From Camelus ferus (lineage: Eukaryota), in contig NC_045696.1 of assembly GCF_009834535.1 (NCBI RefSeq), positions 19,842,001-19,906,000 on the forward strand: a DNA stretch of 64,000 nucleotides, written 5' to 3'. A program made the position numbers and the translations under genes. How positions within the stretch are numbered: the first letter of the stretch is position 1; each line of letters starts with the position of its first letter. This document shows, piece by piece, positions 13,666 through 26,205 of the stretch. Below the pieces are notes generated by a model that was not told the DNA's origin, ran no database searches, and worked only from the letters and a program-made list of their open reading frames with translations.

Positions 13666-16600
13666 TTTTTTTTTTTTTTTTTTTTTTTTTCTTTCTCTGC
13701 TAGTTTCAAAAATCAAATTGGAGCCAAGAAAATTTTCATCAGTTGACCTGAAATTCCACAAAGGCTCATCTGTTGATTGTTATGCTTATAAATACTCTCC
13801 AGATCGCCCCATCCGCCTCTTAACTATTTAAATTCAGACAAGTTTGTCACATGACGTCATAGCTTTCTGAAATATCTCAAAACATTTGATGAATTGTTAG
13901 TGGCACAAGTGAACGTGTGAAACTAGGAAGAGTGTCCACAGCTATTTGAGATCAGCTCTATTATGATAACTGTAAATAGTTAAAAGTTATTAAAATATTT
14001 AAAAGAATGCCATACAGAAGCACTTTTATTTGCTGAACAATTAAAGATAACTTGGCTCTATGAAGCTCAGGAATATTACACTTAATAAAAGCATAAAAGA
14101 ACTGGTTTCATTTTAAAGTGTTCTCATATCATATAATTTGGAAAGTTAAAACTAATTTATAATCTTTTTGTCTTCAGTGTAATTGGGAGAATGTAAAGGG
14201 CACATGGAATTTGGAGTCACAATGCTATTCCCTTTAAAGGAATATTAAAATTATTAAATTAACGTTGCATATGCCAACTCCTAGAGGATTAATTTCACTT
14301 TAGACCAAACAAACAAACAAACAAAACAAAAGCAATTCAGATCAGCTCTGACACTTAAAGAGCACTTTCTTCAGGCTCTCAAAGTTCACTGCCACGAGAG
14401 ATGACCCTGAAAACAGATAAAATCATTTCCCAAATGTCAAAAGCCGGGGAAAGTGGCAGGACTAGCTCCAGAGTCTTCAGATGGACAATTCTGTTTCCAT
14501 TCTCATTGCTCCCTCACAAGGAAACAGGCAAAAACAAATGACATCATTCAGCTTGTTACTAACCTCAATCTCCGTAGCTCATTTCTCAGTCCCATTACAA
14601 ACTCGTTTTATGTTTGGGAAAAAAAAAAAAAAAAGTGCCATTTAATTCACTAAATTATATGAAGTTTGACTTTCTTCTACTTAAGGTTCTTTTATTCCAT
14701 TCCTTTCTTCTTTAATAGGGCAGGGCATTACCTCTGGGAGACCATGAGCCCCCGGTGTCATTGAAAAGACTCCGTGAACACTCAGGACCCATCAACTTCC
14801 CTCCGTGTTCCAGGGCTTCAACTCAGCAATAAAAACTAAGGCCACCAAAGGCTCTCCTTAACCCCTCTGACACTAAGCAGGGAAGGGAATCCTCTGGGTG
14901 CCTCATTGACAGTTAACGATATTCATTTACACAGTCTACCTTCTCTAAGTGCAAACGAACATGGAGTCGATAGAAACCTTGCAAAAAGAGGCTGACATCA
15001 AAGAATGAGAGCAGGCTAGAAGGAAAAGGATGTGAGAAGGGCTGTATCTGTTTACCAGTCTCCAAAGAAGATAGGTTTGAGGAGACCCTCCTATAGACCT
15101 GAAGCTGGTAGACACCCAGACACCGGTGCTTTGTTTTCGGAAGGTACACTTCTCCAATGAACAGTGACTTACTAGCCCTTCACCAGAAAGAGTAATTGTA
15201 AGCAGATGCCTGCAAGCTTAACTAATTAGCTGGGCAATTCACGATTCTGGCTTAGGTGACTGTTGGACGTATGTTCCCTTGTACTGGATTACAGGAGAGA
15301 TGAATAGCTCGGTGCCTGCTTATGTTTTCTTACCACAATGCTTCTATTTTATGTATGTGAACATCAGGAACAGATGTTTATTAATCACATTTAAGTAATT
15401 TTAAAAGGTAAAAAAACAATTATTTTACAAGTTAAAAAGATTCAGGAACGCAACCCATACATACTAGAGTTTGGGAATCCAAATTTACATAGATCCAAAC
15501 AGCAAATGCATAAGTTATCACTGGAGATTTCTGATGACAGAGGCTGTGATCAAGTTTTAAAAATAATGGGAAAATAATTGCAAAAGTTGGAGTTATAGAA
15601 GGTCCGTTCCATTGACAACTGATTCAGACTTGACAATTAAATCCCAACCTCACTTCATTAGATATTAATCTCACAGTGGAAATGAGAGAGGCTTTTAAAG
15701 GAGCATTTCTGCTACAATAAAATAAGGCTCTCACTACAGTAGAACAATAATGTTGTGTTGCAAGTTAGAAGTGGAACTATTAGGCCTTGTTAGCTAATTA
15801 TGGTATTGGCATCCACTTAAGTTAGTCAGTTTTTCACTTCTGTCATTTTCTCCTATTCAACTGCTGCAGTTCAAAACGTTTTGACTACTTAAAAGGGAAT
15901 ACATCATCGTTGCCTTTCCCCAGTCTAACTGCACACCACTTTCCAAAGCAATAGCTTCAATCATGCTTCATAAAATCCCCTGCAAGTATATTGTTGGAAA
16001 CATAAATCAGTAGGCTGGGATTTTAGTATTTCTAAGGCAAGCCCAGGGATCACCGACTGGCGGCTTTTCCGTGGCCTCATTTATAAAACAATAAACAAAA
16101 CAATGAGTTACACTGGATGCATTTTTTTTTTTTAAACTGCTCCCAGTGGTGTTTCTGATACTTGCTGCTGCATCCTTAATTGGAGAACAAAACACTAGCA
16201 TAGAGGAATTGAACCCCAGGATCAGGATTGCTGTTTCCAAGCATCTCTGACTTCATCAGGACACACGGCACAGAAGAACCACATGTGCGATTTCACAAAA
16301 GCTAGGTCTCTCTTAGGCATCTATGCCTCTGTGAGTGCTGTGCATTTTTAAATTGTGCTCGATAGAGAGGTCTTTAGAACGATGCTCCCCTCCTTGCCTG
16401 CTTCATTTCAGTGAATATGGGCTTCCCTTCAGGCATGCTTCAGCGTTAGATCTCCTCTTTATAACCAGCCTGCGTTCTGAATTATACATTAGGTGAATCA
16501 CAATTTCAGATAAGTGTTACACACATAGATCCACATTATGTGTCTGTATGCACTATTTAAACATTCAAAGATTTCCCTTGGATTCCCCAAATTCCAACAC

Positions 16601-18406
16601 ACTTAATGTCTACAATGGTAAACACACAGACTCCACGACTGAGACATTTTTCCTTCTCCAAACCAGTCACCATGTAATCCTAAGTCTGCATAAACTTGCT
16701 TCCTATTATGCCCCCATTTTGCTCTACACTCACTGTCTACACTTGGTTAATTGCGGTGGTATTTTAACTGCAATTCTCAGGGACTGCTTCTTACTATTTG
16801 GAAATACCTGTCTATTTTATAAATGAACAGTTAAACATAACCAGCAGCTCTCCAAAAATTGAAGCAGTGTATCTGTAGGGCACTAAGTATATGTTGATCT
16901 TTGCTGTACTAATGATTCAATTAACTGGGCTAATAGGAGATTCAGATGGACATATCTGCAATTTCGCTATCAGTGAAATTTTGCACACTCTGTTGTTAAG
17001 GGGAAATGAGCATCTTACCCAGACACTTTACAAACTATAGCAACACCCAGTGTTTGCGTTCTGATTTCTGCACACAAAATTTGCATCCAATCGTGTTTCA
17101 ACCGCCAGTAACACTACAGCTTTAGGGAGGAGAAGGGTAGAGAAAGGAAGGTTTCACATCCAAAATGTCAAGTCCTGCTGAAGAATGATAGAAGGACCGA
17201 GGGAGTGTGGAAGAGCAAAACCATTCTGAGCTTAAAATGGAGTTCTACCGCCCCCAGCTGGACCAAATGAGCAACACAGAAGAGGCTAAAAAGCTTAGAA
17301 TAGAATATAGTGGAGATATTTTAAATTGTGCTGTGATTTATATATTCTCAAAAAAAAAAAAACACAATTTCATGCTACACTAATAATATAACATTCTCTG
17401 TGATTATTACACATCACAAAATTACTGCTATGTTCTATTTTTTCTTTAAAGACTCCCACCAATGCACGTTTTAGTATTTTGTGTCCCCAATTAAATGTCC
17501 AAACTTGTCTGAACAGTTGAAAATACCTCCATTTATTATAAACATATTTTATGTGACTGTATACTAAACAGAGAAAGATAAATCCACATCTGTCTCTATA
17601 AAGATAAACAGGAAGCTTCCACAAATTCTCTCTCAGGCTGTTCTAATCAGCTCTTCATTTTTTTTTTTTTTTTTCTTTTCTAAGAGATAAAAATCCCACC
17701 AGTTCTCCACAAGCTAAAACATCCCTTACAGGTGTAATTACAATCTAATGTTATAAAAATTTTCAACCATGCTGTATTAACGGGGGCGGGGGGTGGTGTG
17801 TGAAAATGAATGACTGCAACACATCCCTAGTTTTATCCATTTGCTTTCTTACACACACCATCCATGGCCCCTCTCTTAGTCCTCAACAGAAATAAGCCAT
17901 CATCGTTCACTTCATAGCAATTGGGGTCTTGGTAAAGGGAAGAGGGGAAAAAAGGAGTCTCTAAGAACTGAATTTCTTGTTCACAACAGAGGTATTTCAC
18001 AAACGAGTTTAATGCTGATAGTTTCTGCTGCTTCTTTAAAACACCATCGTTCCCTTTCCTTCCGCAACCTCAGACAGATATTTTAACTGTTCACACAGAT
18101 CAACATACTCATCCAATTTTTTGATAATAAAAATCAGAGAAAGCCAAGATCCCAGAAAAAGATGCAGTTTGCCTCAATCTCCTGCTCACTGATGCCCATC
18201 TCTCATTCTGTATTTTCTCTTATTTAAGGTTGTCGACAGAACAGATCTAATTTTTAGCGGCAGCTAAAAGGAAGAGGGAAAATTCCAACAACAGCAATAA
18301 CTATAACTTTAGTTCGTTCATTTAATTCTTCTTGTGCCACCTCTGCCTCTCTTGGTTGGGGGGAAGGGGGAAGGAAAGTAAATGCAATAAAGCACCACAC
18401 TCCTAC

Positions 18407-18461
18407 CTTGCCCGCTACTGACAAGCAACCCGAGCAGGTAGAAGGAGAGGAGGAGGCTCAT
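18407..18461 (-). CDS. NCAM2: NCAM2 (neural cell adhesion molecule 2/OCAM) first coding exon, signal peptide
   Basis: Minus strand reads ATG AGC CTC CTC CTC TCC TTC TAC CTG CTC GGG TTG CTT GTC AGT AGC GGG CAA G = MSLLLSFYLLGLLVSSGQ, the NCAM2 N-terminus. 55 nt, followed by donor GTAGGA (phase 1). Start context is GAACATGA. Confidence 0.94.
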
Positions 18462-18654
18462 GTTCAGGACGTGACACTGGCGGACAGTTCCAAAGTTATT
18501 AAGTCCAGCCCCGGAGAGAGAACCTTCCGCTGTCACGGCCGCCTGTGCTGGAGCCGCCGCCGCTCCCGGAGTGCCCCAGCCGCCCGCAGCCCGCGCGCTC
18601 CTCCTTGCAAAGTGACTGCAAGCTCCGCTCCTTGCCGCACTATATCCAGGCAGC

Positions 18655-18685
<31 letters not shown>

Positions 18686-18700
18686 GCGGCCGCCGCGGCG
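18462..18700 (-). other. NCAM2: NCAM2 exon 1 5'-UTR (upstream boundary/TSS approximate)
   Basis: GC-rich, no upstream ATG in this stretch. Resembles the recalled human NCAM2 5'UTR (…GCTGCCTGGATATAGTGCGGCAAGGAGCGGAGCTTGCAGTCACTTTGC…GGACTTAATAACTTTGGAAC…). Confidence 0.75.
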
Positions 18701-18706
18701 GCAGCA
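18651..18706. repeat. (CGG)9 trinucleotide repeat with CAG-interrupted flanks in the NCAM2 5' region
   Basis: Pure CGG at 18654-18680, flanked by CAG and CAG CAG CGG. Confidence 0.95.
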
Positions 18707-18711
18707 GAGCC

Positions 18712-18757
18712 GGGCGGGGAGGGAGGCGGGGGCGGGGACGCGGGGAGGGGAGGGAGG
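18712..18757 (+). other. G-quadruplex-forming G-run cluster / Sp1 boxes
   Basis: GGGCGGGGAGGGAGGCGGGGGCGGGGACGCGGGGAGGGGAGGG contains 8 runs of >=3 G. Confidence 0.7.
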
Positions 18758-19156
18758 CGCGGCCGAGGCGTATCCCTCCGCGCCGCACGGCGGCCGCCGC
18801 CGGCAGGTGCGCGGACCCGGGATTCGTCCGCAGTCGAGCTTGGAGGCGCAAGTTCGGTTCCCGGTGCCTCCTGTTAGAGGGGCCTCCGCGGTCCGGCTGG
18901 CACGAGCGCGTCCGCGAGTGGCGGCCGCACGCTGAGCCTGCCGGCGAGCTGCACGTTGACGGACGGCCCTGGGTGGAGGAGGGAGGGCAGCCCGGGGCTC
19001 CTGCACCGCCGCCGGCCAGTTCGCGGACGCGGACCGCTGGAACTGGAGCTGATGCTGTAGGCGGTCGCCCAGCCCCGCGCTGCAAGCGCTCCCGGGCTTG
19101 GCGGGAGAGGGGAACTTGGGGACGGGTGGTATATTCTGCAGCTCTCATTCCTACAT

Positions 19157-19190
19157 GGGCGGGCGGGCGGGCGGGGTCGGGGGTGGGGGG
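19157..19190 (+). other. G-quadruplex motif (GGGC)4GGGGTCGGGGGTGGGGGG
   Basis: Seven G-runs separated by 1-2 nt loops. Confidence 0.7.
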
Positions 19191-20586
19191 AGTGGATTCT
19201 CTCTCTTCCAGGCCCTCCCTCTCTCTCAAACCTTGTGCAGGCTGCCCGCTTCCTACGCTTTCCACTCTGCCCTGGCAGAGGGAAAGCGGACGTCCTCTGG
19301 CGTCTACACTGCCTGTGTCCTCGGGCTCTACAGGGTAAGCGGAAAGATGTGCGCGATGTTTCTTATCCACGTCGACCCACTACTGTTGACAGCAGATACC
19401 TTAAGGGAGAGAGACTGGGGAGGAGGCAAGATGTTAGAGGGGCTGCGTTAAACTTCGTTGTCAGCATTTACTGCGTCCTTGGAGAAGTCCAGAGCCTCCC
19501 CTAGACACATTCAGCGCGTTCTGCCCTTGGTCCCCAGCGCACAGGTCCCCGCGATGATTGAGATGTGGAAGGTCTTTGAAATATACGAAGACCAGTGGCG
19601 CGGGGATGTTTCTCCAGGCCACCCCCACCCACCTAACCCACCCATACACACACCTGCGTTGTGCCCGCCTGTAAACTGAAGTGACGGAGCCATGGCAAGC
19701 GTCCAGAACTAACTCTCCTACTCTGAGGCTGGGACGTATCATTCTTTCTCCTGGATAGGTAGGAAAATGTTTGTCATTTTGATGCCAGATGTGCGACAAG
19801 GGCGAGCAAAAGGCGGAACACCTGGCCCTCAGGGCCACTGACGGTCTGCCAGGGCCAAAGCAACCGGCTGGAACTGACAGTGGATCCTTTCCAAGCGAAG
19901 CCCTTGGTTGTTTCTTTATCAGCGAGGACGTGGCCGTAGAAGGCGTTAGAAATATTACAGAGCTCTGAATCCAGCCGCAGCCCCCGTTCTGGCGCACACA
20001 CCCAGACTGAGTGCTGAAATGGAGGTTGCATTGCTTCAGGGAGGGCAAGGAGTAAGAGTGGAAACAAGCTAACATTGCAATTGGTGTTCCCCAGGCAAAC
20101 ACAGAAGATTCACTTACTTGTCATCCTGGGATTGGGGTTATAACAAAGAATGGAGGAGGGGCAAACACTGCACTCCACACAGTCCGGCGTTGAATTCGCT
20201 AACCCATGGCCCTCTCAGCATCTCACAGCTTGAGAACCTCTTCCCTCTAGATTTGGTATCAGTAGACTTAGGACAATACATCTAGAAAGTTCTTTTGCTC
20301 AGTCTCCCTCCCCACACTTTTTCCTCATTCTGGGTAGCACCAACTATACTTAAGTCAGCTCACAGTCAGTACTTTGCAAGAAAGAGAAGGCATAGCACAT
20401 TTATAGGTGTGAAAGACTCCTTTATTTCATCAGTTCTTGATTTCTCTAAGGAATGAAAAAAAAGCTACACACACGCACACACAAGTCACAAAAGCTGTTG
20501 AAAGGATGCTGCCTGTGCCAAATAGCCTCTTCACCACAAAGCTGACAGTTTTTCAGTGTGACACCAGGAGTGGCCAAGTGTCTCTG

Positions 20587-20608
20587 ACACACACACACAC
20601 ACACACAC
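20587..20608. repeat. (AC)11 microsatellite
   Basis: Direct reading. Confidence 0.95.
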
Positions 20609-20879
20609 GTCTGGTAATCTTGGCATGTAAATGTTCCTTTTATCAAATTACTTTTATCTCAGGCAGGGGGTTGAACTCTGCCAGAGAAAAATTTGACTGG
20701 TACCCCCTGAGGTAATTCGACAGTAGTTCTTCTCAGGGTTGGGTGGAGGGAGAAGTAAGGTGGCCCATCAGAAAAGAGTAGAGGTTTGTATCTTAAGACT
20801 GGGTCAAGCTCTGTGTGTATGTGTGTGTTGGGAGAAAGAAGGAGAACACCTGTGTGTGTGGAAGCAACGAAGGAACAAA

Positions 20880-21260
20880 GCACTGGGACTCAGGAACAAA
20901 GGTGATACGGCTTCTGATCCTGCCCCCAAGTTGCTAATAGTATTTTTGAAGCGAACAGTCATAAACACAATATTTGACAGTATCAGTCAGGTTATAAAAA
21001 GATCGTAAGGAAAGTGGAAACAAACTGCTCTTGTGACATAAAAGGAAGGGATCATTTCTGAACAGGGGATTAAGAAAAGCTTTAGGAAGCTTGAAAGAAA
21101 GTGGAGAAATTAGACAGAGAACGTGGGCAAAACAGAGAGGAGCTTAAGCAAAGCCTGGGGGCGTGAGAGCACACAGCTTGTGTGGAGAACAGAGAGGAGT
21201 CTAATTAGAAAAAAGCATCGAGTGTAACATATAAAGGTTGGATGGAGTTGGGAAAGGGGT
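20880..21260 (-). mobile_element. L2 LINE fragment
   Basis: GCACTGGGACTCAG…CCTGCCCCCAAGTTGCT…GCAAAGCCTGGGGGCGTGAGAG. Confidence 0.5.
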
Positions 21261-24200
21261 CTAGGACCATGTCTTGCCTAAAAAGACATACAAAAAGAAG
21301 AAAAAAAAAAAAACTAGTATTTACTACCTCTCAGTACAGAAGTCCTGATGTATGTGACCAAGAACAGCCAGAATGGCGGCCTCCATCCCCGGGGGTAAAG
21401 GTCTGATTGGGAGTTGTAACGCATAGGAAGATTATCAACAGGAAATCTCTTGGGGTTTCTCCATGGCTAGTGTGAATTTATGTTGCTGTGAGTTCTCAGC
21501 AGCAGGGTGGCGCACATTGAGAGAAAGCCTTCCCCCACTTGTCTAACCTGCTTCTCAGCCAAAGGTAGATCTGCCTCTCCCAGTCTCCATTGGAAGCACG
21601 TTCATTCCCCACTGCGGTGATGAAGTGATAGGCAGCCTGACACCAGCCTTGGTCAATTCCACTGCATAGCAGATGGATGGTGTGAGGACAACATCGAGAC
21701 AAATCACCTTTGCCCACAGTTCCCCTCCCCACTCCAAAGGCAAGCTGCCCTCCGGTGGTGCAGACCTTGAGCACTATTAGCAAGCGTGCCAACTCTCTGA
21801 ACGTGACGAAGGCATCTGCCCTGGGTAGGGTATAAAAGGGTAGAGAAACGCATCCTCCCTCGTGTAGGTGACTCAGAGTTTTTACATTTAAGACAAATTA
21901 TCACATTCACCATCTACCTGAGGAAGTGTTTCAGAAGCTTGGTCGGAGCTTTAGTTACTTCATTTATAAAATTACAAGAAAGTTGAATAGAAATCAGGAC
22001 TCTATGAAAAGCTGAGTAGTAGGAAATACCGACAGGACTGGATGCACGGTTAAATGGAAGCAGATAAATTTGTTTTAAAAGAATCAATAAAATAAACATT
22101 AAGGAGTAGCAGAGAGAGAAAAAAAAAAAAAACCGGTAAGGAGCATCATATGGGAAAACTATCTTCTCAGGGAGACGCCTCCTCTTGGCTCCGCAATCTG
22201 TCCTTGGAAAAAGCATGCAGGTATACAGTCCACACATAGATCCTGCACATAAATGGTGTGTGGGGGCAGGATTTAAACATTATTCTTATTTTTTGTAGTT
22301 CGATGTTATTTTTGTTTAGTCTCTCTGTTGACAGGATTCATGTGTGTTAGAATCATACTACTAAGAAATGGTAAATTCCGTGTGTTCATTTATATTTTTA
22401 AAATGTCACAAATCATTATACCTATTCATTTACTTGTCTAGAAAATTGCCTGTTTTGACTTTTTTTTTTATTAACACAAAGGAAGAAAAATATCCACAGT
22501 AGATATATATAGGCAGATAGCCTGAAACCTCCATAAATAGATGGTCCTGCAATGGCCTTTCCTTCTCCATTAATGCCACTTTCTCTAATGATCATGTCTC
22601 TGAGAATAATTTCCACTTTCTTGATACAACAACACTTTAGATGTTTTACCAGGCTGTTTGTGAGCATCTGACAGTAGCTGCTTTAATGGTAGAATTTAGA
22701 TTTTAACACCTTCCTTTGTAAATTCTTTGCTTGCTTAGCCGTTTTATTTGATTTTAAGAAACAGAAGAAAGAGATTTATGGGACTAAGGCACCCTAATTG
22801 TCACAGGTTCTTACTTTTTAATTTCTTCCAAGATACATGGGGTCATTTTCCTTCATGGCTACTTCATGTTCCCTCTGGGCAAATAACTGCTCACTTCGCT
22901 CTGAAATTAAGCAATAACTGCCTATAATTTGCCACTTGCCTGAATAATATTTTCTTAACTGGAAGGGATATTATATTTTTCTTCACCAAGACATCCCTGG
23001 CAAATATCATGATGGCCAGAGCAGAATATGTAACGAACCTATAACACAGGGACTAAACAGTGATTGACATAACTTTGAGAATATATTCTGGGTGACATGA
23101 GATCCGAAAAAGGAATCACGCGGTGGCTAGCCATGAACTTATTTGATGTGATGAGGATCGTGATGTGAAGGGCAGGTCGCCCAAATACCGATCACAGTGC
23201 TCAGAAATCATATTTTTGTCCATGGGTAGTATTGACCAAAGTGATGTCCGCACAAATCCTGTCATTTTGGAGGGCAGTTATTCCACACGGGATAACAACA
23301 AATCCTTCCTATCTGGCAAGTGATCCCACACAAGTACAGGTTTGAGAGGAAACGTTGTTAACTGAATGCATCTTGTAGGACAATATAATCGGAAATTAAA
23401 CTGAAAAATTTCTTATTGCGTAGGATCATTTGGTCCTTTCCTTAATGGACCTATGTTGCTATTAATTTTCAAATTAGATAAGCAAATAATAGGCAAGCTG
23501 CTGGCAGCAATGGGATTCCCTTATATATCCACAAGCCATTAATCTTCTGCCTAATAATTGACCAGTGCATGTTATTGGAATACACACATGCATTTACTTT
23601 AATGTTACATTACTTAGGTTTTTTAAAAAAACATATGTTTCACATTTACAAGAGATGATCCTCACTCATTTTAAGGAAAATAGCACATTTTCCCTGCCAC
23701 CTTTTTAAATGAGTGCTCATATTTAAGTAAATATGTATTTAGTACCTGTTAGTAGTTTTGATTAACTTCCTAAAACCGAGGAACTTAACATCTATGAAAA
23801 AAATTGACATGAGAATAGATAAATACCTGGGATATGTAAAAAAGTATGGGAACAGAAATGAAACCAAATATCTGTACATATTTTATTATAAATTAATATT
23901 TACTCTTTCAAATTCCTGCATTCTAGCAATAAAAAAATGCATAAATGTCTGTACCCTGTGAACCAAATGGAGACTATTCTTTGAACATTTTGGCATATTT
24001 TCTCCAATGTTTTATATATATATATATATATTTTAATTAATAATATATATAAATATTTCTTAATATGGCTTGAGATAACACTATTTAGGATATGTTTACC
24101 TTGTTTTACATTGGAAATTAATATTTTACATAGTCATTTTGCAAATATAAATTTAATGACTTCATTTGATTACATGGATTGCACTCAAACACACTTAACA

Positions 24201-25122
24201 GTTTCCCTACACTAGGCCATTGCTTCTCTGTAATTTTTATTATTATGAATAACACTGCAATATGTGTATGTTTGTCCGTAGAGCTTTGAACATACTGTAG
24301 ATTGCATCCTTAGGCTACTAGAAGTTAAATACCTGGTTTAAAAAAACAGCCATTTCTAGGTACTGAATTCATAAATTGTTCATAAATGCCTAAATTGTTT
24401 TTCAAAATATATATACTCTCAAATCAGGAAGACCTCACTCATGCTAGCATTGACTGTTTATTTTATTTTAATTTTATATTTTGCATGTGAGTTTCATGAG
24501 TTTCTGTTCTGTGGTTTCTTCCTTTAATCATCTTCAATTGAAATGTCAGACTCTAGAAAATGTGTATATACATATTTGTGAAATTTAAGATGTAATGAAA
24601 GACTTCTGCTTCTTAATACTTAATACTTTTTAATCCTATTCTTCTCTGGGATCCAGAAATTGTCATTATACTTATTAGGATAACATGTTTAAAAACCTGT
24701 AGTTGTCAGCGACCAAATGTTCTTAATTTCTAGTTTATCAGCATTAAACTTTTCCTTTTGTTTCCACATTGTATCCACACAAATAAACAGAAGTCTAAGT
24801 AGCCCAGTGCATTTGCTACTGTGGATATCTGAGGATGCCTGAGGAATCCTGGCGTGTTTCACAGCAGATCATAAGCTCTAGTATTTGTTTATCATTCCAA
24901 CCTCATCTCTGCTCTCCTCCCTGGAGGTTAACATTTTGCCATCCTATAAATGGCTACCCAAGGATGTATCTTTTTGCTGTATCAGTTCACCTGAAGCCTA
25001 AATCAGTGCCGCCTGTCTTAATTTCTCAGTACTAAAGCACAGATGTTTAATAAAGCATGCTGAAAGTTTGAGAATAAACTCAAAACATAAAAGAGAAATC
25101 CAGCCTGAAATAATAGATACCA

Positions 25123-25861
25123 CAGTGTAGCCACTTTAGAAGACAGTTTGGTGGTTTCTCTTACCGTATAATCCAGTAATTATGCTTTTTAGCATATACC
25201 CAAAGGGGTTGAAAATTTATGTCCACACAAACCCTGCACACAGATGCTTATAGCACCTTTATTCATAATTGCCAAAACTGGAAGCAACCAAGATGTTCTT
25301 CAGTAGGTAAATTGATAAACTGTGGTTACATTCACACAGTGGAATATTATTTAGCACTAAAAGAAAATGAGCTATAAAGCCATGACATGAACTTTATGTG
25401 TTACTAAGTGAAGAAAAAAGCCAATCTGATAAGGCTACATACTGTTTGATTCCAATAATAAGACATCGTGGAAAAAACAAAACTATGGAAGTGATAAAAA
25501 GATCAGTGGTTGCCAGGAGCAATGTGGGAGAGATGAATAGATGGAGCACAGAGGATTTTTAGGGCAGTGGAAAAACATTGTGTTACAGTCTAATGATGGA
25601 GATATGTCACTATACATTTTTCCAAACCTACTGAATGTGCAACATCAGGAATGAATCTTAGGTAAACAATGGCCTTGAGTGATTATAATGCACCATTGTA
25701 GGATCACCATTGCTAAAATAAAATGTACCATTTTGATGAGTAATATTTATAATGGAACAGACTATGCACGTATTGGTGGGGCAGGGTTATAAGAGAAATC
25801 TCTTTACCATCATCTCAATTTTCTTGTCAATCTTAAAATGTTCTAACAATAGAGTCTTTAA
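25123..25861 (+). mobile_element. Old L1 3' end (L1MC1-like)
   Basis: Degenerate ORF2 end plus L1MC-type 3'UTR (AAAAGATCAGTGGTTGCCAGG…GATGAATAGATGGAGCACAGAGGATTTTTAGGGCAGTG). Flanked by AAATAATAGAYACCA at 25108-25122 and 25862-25876 (14/15 match, TSD). Confidence 0.85.
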
Positions 25862-26004
25862 AAATAATAGACACCAGTTCTCTTAGAGACTATTGGCCAC
25901 TTCTCCCTCTCCCCCACATAAAGTCTTCTTAATGGAGTCTCTTTCTTACTGCCATGAATTTTTTAGGTACCAATTACCTTCCAAAGAAGAATTTCTCTAA
26001 CCTA

Positions 26005-26205
26005 ATCCTTCACAACTGAGGGCTATTTTGCTCCCCAGGAAACAACTGACACTGTCTTGAGACATTTTTTGATTATTAAGAATGGAAAGATGGTACTTAG
26101 GGCATTGAGTGGGGAGAGGCCAGCAGTGCTACTAAGCTTCCCACAATGCACAGCCTGTTCTCCACTGTGAATAATTATCCAGAATATCAGGTGGAGAAAT
26201 TCTAC
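26005..26205 (+). mobile_element. MER20 (hAT-Charlie)
   Basis: GGGCTATTTTGCTCCCCAGG…TGTCTTGAGACATTTTT…GGGGAGAGGCCAG…CCCACAATGCACAG…AATTATCCAG. Confidence 0.8.

Larger units (their letters stand above)
1..18406 (-). other. NCAM2: NCAM2 intron 1 (partial; exon 2 lies outside the window)
   Basis: Begins with the GT donor at 18406-18405. I found no Ig-domain exon 2 sequence (ALLQVTISLSKVEL…) in 1-18400. NCAM2 intron 1 is known to be very long. Confidence 0.85.
18470..19620. promoter_or_regulatory. CpG island / NCAM2 promoter
   Basis: Abrupt rise in GC and CpG density against an AT-rich background. Densest at 18520-19190, tapering to ~20000. GC boxes such as GGGGCGGGG at ~18729-18737. Confidence 0.9.

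Noticed and set aside
16007..16240. Possible NCAM2 exon 2 or isolated Pol III B-box (GTTCAATTCC on the minus strand, ~16204-16213)
   Set aside because: The translation does not resemble NCAM2 Ig1, and there is no A-box or SINE body.
18318..19370. 350-aa minus-strand ORF and other long ORFs over the CpG island
   Set aside because: Low-complexity P/R/A/G translations expected from stop-poor GC-rich DNA. Only the 18 codons from 18461 match NCAM2, and the frame runs through the splice donor.
21500..21824. Exon-like GC-rich block with NAGNAG acceptor and TGG|GTAGGG donor
   Set aside because: The frames I read carry several stops and the phases do not join neighbouring candidates; equally consistent with an enhancer.
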